Positions 18,735 through 27,859 of a DNA stretch of 64,000 nt are shown in pieces. Both the position numbers and the translations under genes were made by a program. The stretch covers positions 82,829 to 146,828 of the forward strand of contig CAZBGY010000002.1 in NCBI GenBank assembly GCA_964491605.1, read 5' to 3'. The notes beneath the pieces were generated by a model. The model searched no databases. It was not told where the DNA came from and saw nothing but the letters and a program-made list of their open reading frames with translations. The number at the start of each line of letters is the position of its first letter. Position 1 is the first letter of the stretch. Origin of the DNA: an uncultured Candidatus Bathyarchaeia archaeon (GTDB lineage Archaea; Thermoproteota; CALKCG01; B24; DRYS01).

Positions 18735-19925
18735 TCAGACCATTATATAGAGAATCGATGACAGAATAACTGTTAGCATAACATCCGTAAAAGTTGTTTC
18801 TAGAGGTATTACGAAATCATCAGGGTTCAATCCGAATCTAAATGTTGCCGTCGCCATAGCGAACGAAAAGATAATAGTCATAGGTGTGATCAAAGGAAAT
18901 GTTAAGAGGATAGCTAATATTGAATGAAGCCCTCCACCCGTGATATAGGATAGGAATGAGTAAAACGTAAACATTACAAATGCGGCAGATGTTATCTGAA
19001 GTATTTCCCATAGAAGCTTCAGGATATCTCCAATCCTTGATTCGATTAAACCTAGCGCAATCCTCGTAGTGCATATGGAGCCGAAGCTTGCACCTATATC
19101 ACCTATGGTATCTATAAGTGCAGGATAAACAACCATTATACCAGGCTTCTCTTCGATAGTATGTTTAATCCTGGATAGAAATATCCCTCCAATCGTCGAT
19201 ATAAGCGATATGATGCAGATGGTAGGGATAGCTTCACGTAGAATTCTTCCATAATCCTCATCCCCTTTAAACATGAAGATTATACGGATAGTAACCGCTA
19301 TGAATACTACAGTGAGAAAGAATAGTATCCATGCATACCCTTCTACAACGGATAGCAAAGTTAGGATGTACAGGAAAGTAGCTATCACATCCGTGATAGT
19401 AGACGAAACAGGGTAGGTCACTACATCTGGATCTATTCCGCGTCTATAAAGCATGAAAGAGAAGAGTGACGTTAGAGGCTCTGTTATCAAGGTTGTAGCG
19501 TACTGTGACACCATAGCTACAGATACGATGACTAAAAAATATTCTACTTCCAGATTGTAGAGCATGTATGAAAGTAGGAAGATGATGAAGCCTCCTAGAA
19601 TGCTCATAAATAGCGTCATCGTAAATAGAGCAGCTAAGATCGCGTGGAAATACCGTGTATTTCCTCCGAGCTTCGGGTTTACGAGCTTCAAATGGAGGCC
19701 TGTACTTAATCTTCCGCTTAAGATACCGTTGATAGCTCCTCTGACGCTTATAATCATAGGATAAAGCATCACAGTCCAATAGTAAACTGTCAACGTGGAG
19801 ATCCAGTAGGCGGCTATACCGCCAGCGAGGAGGCCGCCTAGATCTGTTTGGAGAGCTAATAGACTTTCCCTGAATATCTCGAACTTTTTATCTTCTGAGC
19901 TTAACCTCCCCATGACTAAGATCAT
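18735..19925 (-). CDS. MgtE/SLC41-like divalent cation transporter (two repeated membrane modules)
   Basis: Two internal repeats each end in a DPD/NPDD..P...T.TDV motif (DPDVVTYPVSSTITDV; NPDDFVIPLETTFTDV), typical of the MgtE membrane domain. Confidence 0.75.
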   Translation of the reverse strand: MILVMGRLSSEDKKFEIFRESLLALQTDLGGLLAGGIAAYWISTLTVYYWTVMLYPMIISVRGAINGILSGRLSTGLHLKLVNPKLGGNTRYFHAILAALFTMTLFMSILGGFIIFLLSYMLYNLEVEYFLVIVSVAMVSQYATTLITEPLTSLFSFMLYRRGIDPDVVTYPVSSTITDVIATFLYILTLLSVVEGYAWILFFLTVVFIAVTIRIIFMFKGDEDYGRILREAIPTICIISLISTIGGIFLSRIKHTIEEKPGIMVVYPALIDTIGDIGASFGSICTTRIALGLIESRIGDILKLLWEILQITSAAFVMFTFYSFLSYITGGGLHSILAILLTFPLITPMTIIFSFAMATATFRFGLNPDDFVIPLETTFTDVMLTVILSSILYIMV

Positions 19926-20034
19926 CTCTGAACTCTCTGCCTAGGATTGCTAAGGCCTGGATGTAATGATACGTACTAACCTAAAAATTTATTTAGAACA
20001 TGAGAACGAAACTTTCTAGTAGGAAAGGAGCAAA

Positions 20035-21258
20035 TTGAAACGTCTTTCAGAATTCGATTCCTTTGATGAAAACGAGGAGAAGATCTCTTATAAGCCTATA
20101 CCCGTTAGAGAGCTTTTAGTAGAGCTTAAGAATACTTCTGAGCTTATGCTAGATCTAGCATACTCATCCATACTCTTCGATGATAAGGAGTTAGCGGAAG
20201 AAGTTTTAGAGCTAGAGGAGAGAACGGATTATTTAGTTCAACTTCTACAGATAGATTGTATGGCGGCGAGTAGAAGTGTAAAGGATGCTGAACGCCTATT
20301 ACCGGTTCTTAGTATAGCATCTGCTACAGATAAGATATCGGATGCAGCCGGGGATTTAGCGGTAATCACTCTAAAAGAGATTAAAGTGCATCCACTAATA
20401 AGGGAGGTATTCGGTCGTGTAAGCGAAAGACTCACATGTATAAAAGTGAAAGCGGATTCAGAATTAGCTGGTACGAGAGTAGGGGATTCGGAATTACTGT
20501 CTGATTTAGGCGTAGATATTATAGCTATAAGGAGGGGGAGAAACCTGATAGTAGATCCAGATGAGGATGATGTTATAGTGGAGGGCGACACCCTCTATGC
20601 TAGGGGAACGGCTAGGGGTATAGAAGAATTTAAGGAGATGGGGGAGGAAATAATCTATAGTTATCCGAGTATCGAGGGGCTTACAGCGAGGGAACTGGAG
20701 GAAGCTGTTAGAAAGCTTGCAGAGCTTAAGGATACTTCTGAGCTTATGCTAGATCTAGCATACTCATCCATATTACTGGGTAGCCGTGAACTTGCTGAGG
20801 AAGTCTTAGCGTTAGAGGAGTATATGGATGAAAAGCATACGGAGTTCGAACTATTCATATTATCTAAGAAGCCTATGTTAGAGGATACGAGAGGCGTTTT
20901 AGGATTAATAAGGATGGCTCTAGTAACCGAGGAGATCGCTGATGCTGCAGCTGAGATAGCGAGTACCCTGCTTATAGGTCGAGAACTTCACCCAGTACTG
21001 AGAAGGAGCTTGGAGGAAGCTGATGAAGTGACTGTTAGAGTTGAAGTCCCTGAGGGTTCACCTATAGCTGGCAAGACTTTGAAGGAGATAGGTATGCAGA
21101 GTAGTGTAGGTATATGGATAGTCGCGGTGAAGAGAGGAGAGAGGTGGATAAGAGCGAAACCTGATACCATAGTAGAAATTGGCGATATACTCGTAGCTTC
21201 AGTCTACTCTGAAGGTGTGGATGATTTCATATCTATGGTTAAAGGCTACGGAGAATAG
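20035..21258 (+). CDS. PhoU-like plus TrkA-C (RCK_C) two-repeat regulatory protein
   Basis: Two tandem modules, each with a helical SELMLDLAYSSIL...LEE segment followed by a TrkA-C-like beta domain (GKTL.E...I.V..I.RG). Divergent from the MgtE-like gene. Confidence 0.65.
   Translation: MKRLSEFDSFDENEEKISYKPIPVRELLVELKNTSELMLDLAYSSILFDDKELAEEVLELEERTDYLVQLLQIDCMAASRSVKDAERLLPVLSIASATDKISDAAGDLAVITLKEIKVHPLIREVFGRVSERLTCIKVKADSELAGTRVGDSELLSDLGVDIIAIRRGRNLIVDPDEDDVIVEGDTLYARGTARGIEEFKEMGEEIIYSYPSIEGLTARELEEAVRKLAELKDTSELMLDLAYSSILLGSRELAEEVLALEEYMDEKHTEFELFILSKKPMLEDTRGVLGLIRMALVTEEIADAAAEIASTLLIGRELHPVLRRSLEEADEVTVRVEVPEGSPIAGKTLKEIGMQSSVGIWIVAVKRGERWIRAKPDTIVEIGDILVASVYSEGVDDFISMVKGYGE
20121..20172 (+). 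repeat. Intragenic direct repeat, copy 1 (52 nt, 51/52 identical to 20721..20772)
   Basis: AGAGCTTAAG[A/G]ATACTTCTGAGCTTATGCTAGATCTAGCATACTCATCCATA occurs twice, exactly 600 nt apart. Confidence 0.9.
20721..20772 (+). repeat. Intragenic direct repeat, copy 2
   Basis: Partner of 20121..20172, with a single mismatch at 20731. Confidence 0.9.
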
Positions 21259-21305
21259 ATCTTAGAGAAATCTTAAAAACTATGTTTATTTATGTAGTTA
21301 ACTTG

Positions 21306-22805
21306 ATGGATCTAATCGATAGGATAACCAATTTCCGTTACACTCCACGTTATGGCCCTGAATGGGGTTCAGGCGGCATATTCGGACTTATATATCATAA
21401 GGGTATACTGTACTTTACGTTAGCTTTCGAAGCTGAAGCCTACTTCATAGGATCTGATCGAAGCGGAATCTATAAGTTTGATCTAGTAGGAGTGAAGCCT
21501 GGTCCACGTTCAGGTGGAGATACATACAACGCGGTTGAAGCTGTAGATGATAACATATACTTCGGGGGATGGGTTCATGCCCCGGCGATATACCTAGGTA
21601 AAACTGATAGGAGGGGAAGAATACTTTTCCATAATAAATTCAGCCATATACACTCCTACGATATACGTGAAGACCGTGTAAAAGTTCTATGGACGGATTC
21701 CATAAACCATGAATCCGAATGGGCTGGTGAGGTATCCGAGATAATCTACAATCCTGTAGACGATGGACTCTTCATAGCTAGAGCTGATGGTCATAGAAAT
21801 CTAGGTATCTACTACATGGATAGAAAGGATGGGAGAGTAACATGCATAAGCGGTCTACCTGGATTGAAGGGCACACGGTATCTTGATCAGGTATGCTTTG
21901 ATGCTACTAGAAGCTGGGTAAGAGGAGTAGAAGCTATACAGACGATAGATCTTACTACGAAGAAGCTGGAGGTAAAGGAGATAGATTATAGGAATGCGGC
22001 GGTGGATGGAGGAGATGTTTGGTGGCCATATTCTGGATGCGCTACTTCAGCCTACTCGCGTATCTTCTTCTTTGTTAGAGGCGGTGTGATAGTAGGCGAT
22101 CCTCTAGGTGATATCGAGGAATTAGCATTCATAAGGCTTTTCGACTTTGGATATACTGGGTATAGTCCTAGTAGAACTATGGCTAAACCGATAGCAGGAG
22201 GGATACTGGTAGCATTCAATAGCTATACTCATGGACTTATCCATCCAAGAAACGATTTCGAGAAGAAGCTTAAGGAAGCTTTTAGCTTCATAGTAGGTCC
22301 ATCGATATTGCTGTATATAACACCTCCGATAGCGCGTATAGTATCGAGTTTTGGAGCTAGGATCACCGGGTTTGAATCCTTAGGTAGAGAACTGATTATC
22401 GCTTCATCTAACGAAGCAAATCTCGCAGCCGATGATGCTACACCGATCGATACAGGGGTAAGAGGGTTCACGTTATTAAGCTATGATAAGATAGTTGCAT
22501 CAGGATCGCAGCCGGTATGCTTTCAGATATTTGGAAGACATATCGAAAATAATGTATGGGGTGGTATACCGTTGTACGGTTATAGAGAACCTAGGATTAC
22601 TGTAACTTCAAAGAAAAGGGTGAGGGATACCAAGCTTACCATATACTCGTACGATTTAAGTCTGCCCGCCTCTAAAGCGGAAGTAGATTCATATGTAGTG
22701 AAGTACGGTGAATTGATAGATTTATCATCGTTTAGAGATAGTATAGTTTCCTTCAAATTCGATGATATAGATTTAGATGCTAAAATTAAAATACATCTAA
22801 GTTAA
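21306..22805 (+). CDS. Hypothetical protein (about 500 aa, beta-rich; possibly the archaeal DUF2139-like family)
   Basis: Long uninterrupted ORF with ordinary codon texture and no motif I can assign with confidence. The ATG at 21306 is preferred over 21282. Confidence 0.55.
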   Translation: MDLIDRITNFRYTPRYGPEWGSGGIFGLIYHKGILYFTLAFEAEAYFIGSDRSGIYKFDLVGVKPGPRSGGDTYNAVEAVDDNIYFGGWVHAPAIYLGKTDRRGRILFHNKFSHIHSYDIREDRVKVLWTDSINHESEWAGEVSEIIYNPVDDGLFIARADGHRNLGIYYMDRKDGRVTCISGLPGLKGTRYLDQVCFDATRSWVRGVEAIQTIDLTTKKLEVKEIDYRNAAVDGGDVWWPYSGCATSAYSRIFFFVRGGVIVGDPLGDIEELAFIRLFDFGYTGYSPSRTMAKPIAGGILVAFNSYTHGLIHPRNDFEKKLKEAFSFIVGPSILLYITPPIARIVSSFGARITGFESLGRELIIASSNEANLAADDATPIDTGVRGFTLLSYDKIVASGSQPVCFQIFGRHIENNVWGGIPLYGYREPRITVTSKKRVRDTKLTIYSYDLSLPASKAEVDSYVVKYGELIDLSSFRDSIVSFKFDDIDLDAKIKIHLS

Positions 22806-22894
22806 GATTTTCTATAATATAAATATTCGATCGATAATATAATCCATATTAGAAACAAGCATAAGATTTAAATAAAACATAGCTCTGTATTAAG

Positions 22895-23986
22895 TTGGAT
22901 TATGAGTTGATTCGTATAGATCGACTAATAGATAATTTTAAAGCATGGTTTGAAGGCGAAGCATACACAGATATCGTTTTAGTAGCTTCAGCACCTAAGC
23001 TTGGATATGAACGTCACTGGGATACTTGGGATTCATGGAATATAGTTAGACAAATTAGAAAAGGAATAGACCCGATTGAAGCATTGGATTTATTCGAAAA
23101 ATGGATGGTTAAGACGGCTTTTATCGGAGATGGGTTTCCGATGTTTTGGATAAATCTAGGACCTGGTGCTCTCTCAGCATTCCTCGGAGCAAAACCGATA
23201 CTTATGGAGAATACTGTATGGTTTAAAGGAGAGTTCGACTGGGATTATCTAGATAAACTTGAAACTAAACCTAAAGGATATTATTGGGAGCTTGCAAATA
23301 GACTCACCATGGAAGCATGCCGACGGGGGATGGGGAAATTTATAGTCGGTATCACCGATATAGGTGGACCTACGGATGTAGCGGGTATACTTAGAGGATT
23401 AGATAGACTGTTTACAGATTGTTTCAAGAAGCCATTGAAAGTGAGAACGCTGCTAGATATCATAGTGGATGCATGGCTTCAAGTATATGATTATCATTCT
23501 AACATTATATTTTCAAGTTTTGATGCTATGTCGTGTTGGATGCATATCCTTTATCCTGGTAGGGGGTATCCTATACAATGCGATCTTTCAGTTTATATGT
23601 CGCCTAGATTATTTGAGGAAATAGGGTTCAAACCTCTAGCTAGGCTATGTGAGAAGCTAGATTACCCTGTATATCATCTTGACGGGCCAGGTGAACTCCC
23701 CCATCTCTATAGGATAGAATCTTTACCCGGGTTAAAAGCTATACAATGGACTCCTGGAGCTGGTAAGCCTGACGTAGATGATCCATACTGGTTCCATCTA
23801 TATGATGATATATTGAGAAGAGGGCTGAACTTGGTACTCCTAGGAGTGAAACCTGAGAATATTGTTAAGATAGCTAGAAGGTTTGATAGAGGTAAACTAT
23901 TTGTTTCTACAGTGTTTCGTAGCATAGCCGAGGCGGAGGCGGTAGCTAAAGCTGTAGGTTATAGGGAGGTATTTTCAGTCCTATGA
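22895..23986 (+). CDS. Hypothetical protein, possibly a URO-D/MtaA-like TIM-barrel family member
   Basis: 363 aa ORF with a TTG start. It has a loose resemblance to uroporphyrinogen-decarboxylase-like proteins (..YHLDGPGE..L..L.GLKAIQW). The assignment is weak. Confidence 0.45.
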   Translation: MDYELIRIDRLIDNFKAWFEGEAYTDIVLVASAPKLGYERHWDTWDSWNIVRQIRKGIDPIEALDLFEKWMVKTAFIGDGFPMFWINLGPGALSAFLGAKPILMENTVWFKGEFDWDYLDKLETKPKGYYWELANRLTMEACRRGMGKFIVGITDIGGPTDVAGILRGLDRLFTDCFKKPLKVRTLLDIIVDAWLQVYDYHSNIIFSSFDAMSCWMHILYPGRGYPIQCDLSVYMSPRLFEEIGFKPLARLCEKLDYPVYHLDGPGELPHLYRIESLPGLKAIQWTPGAGKPDVDDPYWFHLYDDILRRGLNLVLLGVKPENIVKIARRFDRGKLFVSTVFRSIAEAEAVAKAVGYREVFSVL

Positions 23987-24083
23987 CTAATTAGAGTTGG
24001 GTTAGGGATAGCTAAGGAAGCTTATACAGATATACAACCCTTATATCGATCGAGATGATGATTCATCATAATATAGAGGAGAT

Positions 24084-25862
24084 ATGCTGTTTAAGGTATT
24101 AACGGAACATTTCGAAAAGCTTGAAGCTACTACGAGTAGACTTGCTATGATGGATATACTCGTGCATCTATTCAGTAAAACTCCTCCAAATCTTATGGAT
24201 AAGGTCGTCTACCTCACGTTAGGTGAAGTATATCCTCCTTACGTAGGATTAGAGATAGGGTTAGCGGATAAACTTATATTGAGAGCGATATCTCTAGCCA
24301 CCGGTCTTCCTGATGGAAGAGTGGAGCAGGAGTATAAGACGCTAGGCGATTCCGGGCTTGTCGCAGAGAAACTTCTTTCGGCTAAACGTAAAGCTGCTTT
24401 ATTCAGTCAACCGCTTACAGTCGAAAAAGTTTATACGACATTCGAGAAAATGTGTAAAATTTCAGGCGAGGGAGCACAGGATACGAAGATTAAACTTTTC
24501 GCAGGGTTATTGATGAACGCTACCCCTAATGAAGCGAAATATCTTTCACGTATAGCATCAGGTAGACTTAGACTTGGAGTAGCAGAGATGACCATACTGG
24601 ATGCGTTAGCGTTAGCGTATGGAGGGAGCCGAGAGTTGAGAGAAATCATAGAGAGAGCATACAATATGACATCGGATATAGGGCTTGTCGCTAAGACTCT
24701 AGCTGAAGGCGGGATAGAAGCCGTGAAAAATATAAAGATAGCTATCGGGAAACCTATAAAGCCTCAACTAGCTGAAAGACTCTCATCTCTTGATGAAATT
24801 CTAGAGAAGCTTAATGGAAAATGTATAGCTGAATACAAGTATGATGGATTGAGGATCCAAGCCCATATAGCCGGTGAGACAGTAATCCTATTCTCTAGGA
24901 GGCAGGAGAATATAACAGAGCAGTTCCCAGATATAGTCGAAGCTCTTAAAAAGTGTATAAAAGCTGATGAAGCCATACTAGACGGGGAGGCTGTACCGGT
25001 AGATCCTAATACAGGGGAACTACTACCGTTTCAGGTCGTAGCTCAGAGGAGGAGGAAATACGATATAGAGAAATATGTTGAAGAAATACCTGTAACACTA
25101 TTCCTATTCGATATACTCTACCTAAACGGAGAGGATCTAACAGTTAAACCATACCTAGAGAGGAAAAAGCTCTTAGAATCCATAGTAAAGGAGAGCGATA
25201 GGGTGAAGCTTGCACAATATATGATAAGCGGAAATGCTGAAGAGATAGAAAGCTTCTTCCATAAAGCTATAGAGGAGGGTACAGAGGGACTTATATGCAA
25301 ATCGATACTTCCAAATAGCGTCTACGAAGCCGGTAAGAGGGGGTGGCAGTGGATTAAGTGGAAGAGATCTTATAGATCTGAGATGACCGATACCGTAGAT
25401 CTAGTAGCCGTAGGTGCGTTTGCAGGTAGAGGTAAACGTGCGGGAACATATGGAGCACTACTCATGGCTGCGTATGATCCAGACAAGGATAGATTCGAAA
25501 CCGTGTGTAAATTAGGCTCAGGATTTACCGATGAGGATCTCGAGAAACTGCCTGAGATGTTCAAGCCATACCTTATAAATCATAAACATCCACGTGTAGA
25601 ATCTAATATAGAAGCCGATTACTGGTTTATACCCGCAATCGTAGCAGAAGTCATAGGCGATGAAATAACTTTAAGCCCCATGCATACATGCGGGTTCGGA
25701 GCTATAAGGCCTAAGAGCGGTCTAGCTATAAGATTTCCGAGACTTGTAAAGTTCAGAGTGGATAAAAGAGCGGAGGATGCTACTACGACGATAGAGATAA
25801 TAGAGATGTATAGAATGCAGCTTAAAACCATAGAGGAAGCAGCATCCACAGATACAGCTTAA
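24084..25862 (+). CDS. lig: ATP-dependent DNA ligase
   Basis: Adenylation motif EYKYDGLR, with EGLI.K, LDGE and the WIKWKR motif VI region, in 592 aa. Confidence 0.95.
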   Translation: MLFKVLTEHFEKLEATTSRLAMMDILVHLFSKTPPNLMDKVVYLTLGEVYPPYVGLEIGLADKLILRAISLATGLPDGRVEQEYKTLGDSGLVAEKLLSAKRKAALFSQPLTVEKVYTTFEKMCKISGEGAQDTKIKLFAGLLMNATPNEAKYLSRIASGRLRLGVAEMTILDALALAYGGSRELREIIERAYNMTSDIGLVAKTLAEGGIEAVKNIKIAIGKPIKPQLAERLSSLDEILEKLNGKCIAEYKYDGLRIQAHIAGETVILFSRRQENITEQFPDIVEALKKCIKADEAILDGEAVPVDPNTGELLPFQVVAQRRRKYDIEKYVEEIPVTLFLFDILYLNGEDLTVKPYLERKKLLESIVKESDRVKLAQYMISGNAEEIESFFHKAIEEGTEGLICKSILPNSVYEAGKRGWQWIKWKRSYRSEMTDTVDLVAVGAFAGRGKRAGTYGALLMAAYDPDKDRFETVCKLGSGFTDEDLEKLPEMFKPYLINHKHPRVESNIEADYWFIPAIVAEVIGDEITLSPMHTCGFGAIRPKSGLAIRFPRLVKFRVDKRAEDATTTIEIIEMYRMQLKTIEEAASTDTA

Positions 25863-26006
25863 TAACCGAGTATCCACCTCCATGTAGGAGCTTCCCTCGA
25901 GATCGTATGTAAATGGTATCGCCTTATAGATGGTGATTCCACCCAGAATTCGTGAAGGTTTAGCTTAATATGAGCAGCGTAGATATTAGATAAGCGGTAA
26001 TACTTT

Positions 26007-27005
26007 ATGAAGTCTTGGATAAATCCTTACGTGAGGATGATAAGTAGATATATAGCATCCAAGTTCAAGGCGTGGAAGCCCTTAGCAGCATTCTATAATG
26101 TTACTCTAAGATGTAATTTAAGATGTAGCTTCTGTAGTTTATGGAGGCGGAGCGAATATAGAGAAGTCGACCATGAAAATGCAGTTAAGATCATAAGAAG
26201 GATAGGTGAAGCAGGTATACCTGGATTAGGGTTTAGCGGAGGAGAACCTCTCCTAAGAGCAGACCTAGTAGGGCTTGCATTCGAAGCGAAGGATTACGGT
26301 ATGATCACATCCGTGAATACTAACGGTACGCTTATAAGCGAAGGTAATGCTGAGAGATTAAGTAAGGCTTTCGATTATATCATACTATCCCTAGACGATA
26401 TAGGCATACTGCATGATGAAGTGAGAGGTATCCGCGGAGTATATGACAAAGTGTTGGAGGCGGTGGATATACTAAAGAGGTATGGGGCTACAGTAGGCAT
26501 TAATACGGTGGCTACACGGGATAATATCCCTAGAATAACTATGTTGTGGAGGAATCTAAGTGATAGGGTAGATTTCTTCACTATACAACCTGTTAACCCT
26601 CCCCAGATGGTGGATAAAAGACTATCATCAAAGCTAATCGAAGAACTCTATACATTTAGGAAGACGGCTAATGCTTCTATACCACTTCCAAGAAGCTATC
26701 TAGACGGTATGGCTAAGTATATGTCTGGAGACATCTGTAAGATATGCGATGCTGGTAGGCTTTACTTAGCGATACAGCCGAATGGGGATGTGATACCATG
26801 CAGTATTAGAGATGACGCTATTCTAGGAAACATACTAGAAGAAGATCTAGAATCGATAATGGATAGGAATAGGAAGGATATCGTGCATATCGTAGATAAG
26901 TGCGGCGGATGCTGGCTTACCTGTACGACCGGCATATCCCTAACGTTTAGGAAGCCTATGGAGGTTATAGGAAGCTATGTAAAGCTTGGATTGAGGATAT
27001 GCTGA
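26007..27005 (+). CDS. Radical SAM protein with C-terminal SPASM/twitch-like Cys cluster
   Basis: CNLRCSFCS (CxxxCxxC), GGEPLL, and C-terminal CDAG...PCS...CGGCWLTC. Confidence 0.8.
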   Translation: MKSWINPYVRMISRYIASKFKAWKPLAAFYNVTLRCNLRCSFCSLWRRSEYREVDHENAVKIIRRIGEAGIPGLGFSGGEPLLRADLVGLAFEAKDYGMITSVNTNGTLISEGNAERLSKAFDYIILSLDDIGILHDEVRGIRGVYDKVLEAVDILKRYGATVGINTVATRDNIPRITMLWRNLSDRVDFFTIQPVNPPQMVDKRLSSKLIEELYTFRKTANASIPLPRSYLDGMAKYMSGDICKICDAGRLYLAIQPNGDVIPCSIRDDAILGNILEEDLESIMDRNRKDIVHIVDKCGGCWLTCTTGISLTFRKPMEVIGSYVKLGLRIC

Positions 27006-27016
27006 TAGAATTGGAT

Positions 27017-27565
27017 CTAGAACCACCACATCTTAACCCTGGGCATAGCTATAATCTCCCTAATGACAGGCCTCTTCTCACCAGGTCCTCTTACTAAGCT
27101 GGCGGATGGTGCAGCTCTCATCACTATAGCCGTATCCGCACCCCTTTCAGTACCTCCAACCCCCACTACATCTATACCTATCTCCAATAACCCTAAATCT
27201 GTAGCTATCAATACAACTTCAACAGCTGCCTTAAACCCTTGACCCATAAGATACAATGTATCTCTAGCCTGCCTAAGTCTAGGATTACTCAGGGGGGTAC
27301 TACAATTTTCTACGGTAAGTCCGCCTAGTTCTCTTATCTTCTCTATAAAGATTTTGTCCATACCTTTATAGGATACCGCTATAACATTCGCCAACCCCTT
27401 CAGGGATTCGGCGAATTTTAAACCTGTAACCCCACTAGTACTTGCTACGACAACCCACTTCAACCCTAACTCCTTCACCCTATCCCTAACGGCTTCGACC
27501 ACATATGACGTATTCTCAGATCCGAAGCGGTCGAAATAGAAATCTATGCGTTTTATGAGAACCAT
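27017..27565 (-). CDS. Pyruvate kinase C-terminal (alpha/beta) domain-like protein
   Basis: 182 aa. The pattern VVVASTSG.T......L......VIAV resembles stand-alone PK_C-like proteins. Confidence 0.5.
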   Translation of the reverse strand: MVLIKRIDFYFDRFGSENTSYVVEAVRDRVKELGLKWVVVASTSGVTGLKFAESLKGLANVIAVSYKGMDKIFIEKIRELGGLTVENCSTPLSNPRLRQARDTLYLMGQGFKAAVEVVLIATDLGLLEIGIDVVGVGGTERGADTAIVMRAAPSASLVRGPGEKRPVIREIIAMPRVKMWWF

Positions 27566-27713
27566 ACTTTATACTTCCCGTCTGAACGTATCATAAAGGT
27601 TTCGTCGCCTGATATCTATGCTATATCCTTTACACGAATCGAGATCCCTATAACACTGTCGTGCCAGTAATTATATCCTATTGAGTTTGGAAGAACTGAT
27701 AGAATTTTAATTG

Positions 27714-27807
27714 ACATATATGTGTAAAAAATTATTGGTTGAACCTACGGTATATAAAAAGTTTATATAGATATTTCCATCGTGGTTTTCCATATACATG
27801 TGTAAAA
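27714..27807 (+). promoter_or_regulatory. Putative pur-operon promoter with a repeated CATATA(CA)ATGTGTAAAA element flanking a TATA box
   Basis: ACATATATGT palindrome plus ATGTGTAAAA at 27714-27729. TATATAAAAA at 27751-27760. Second ATGTGTAAAA at 27798-27807, 26-53 nt upstream of the purF start candidates. Confidence 0.3.
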
Positions 27808-27859
27808 TCCTAATCAAGGAGATTTGTAACGATTGGAGCTTAAGCTTGGAGGAGGAGAG

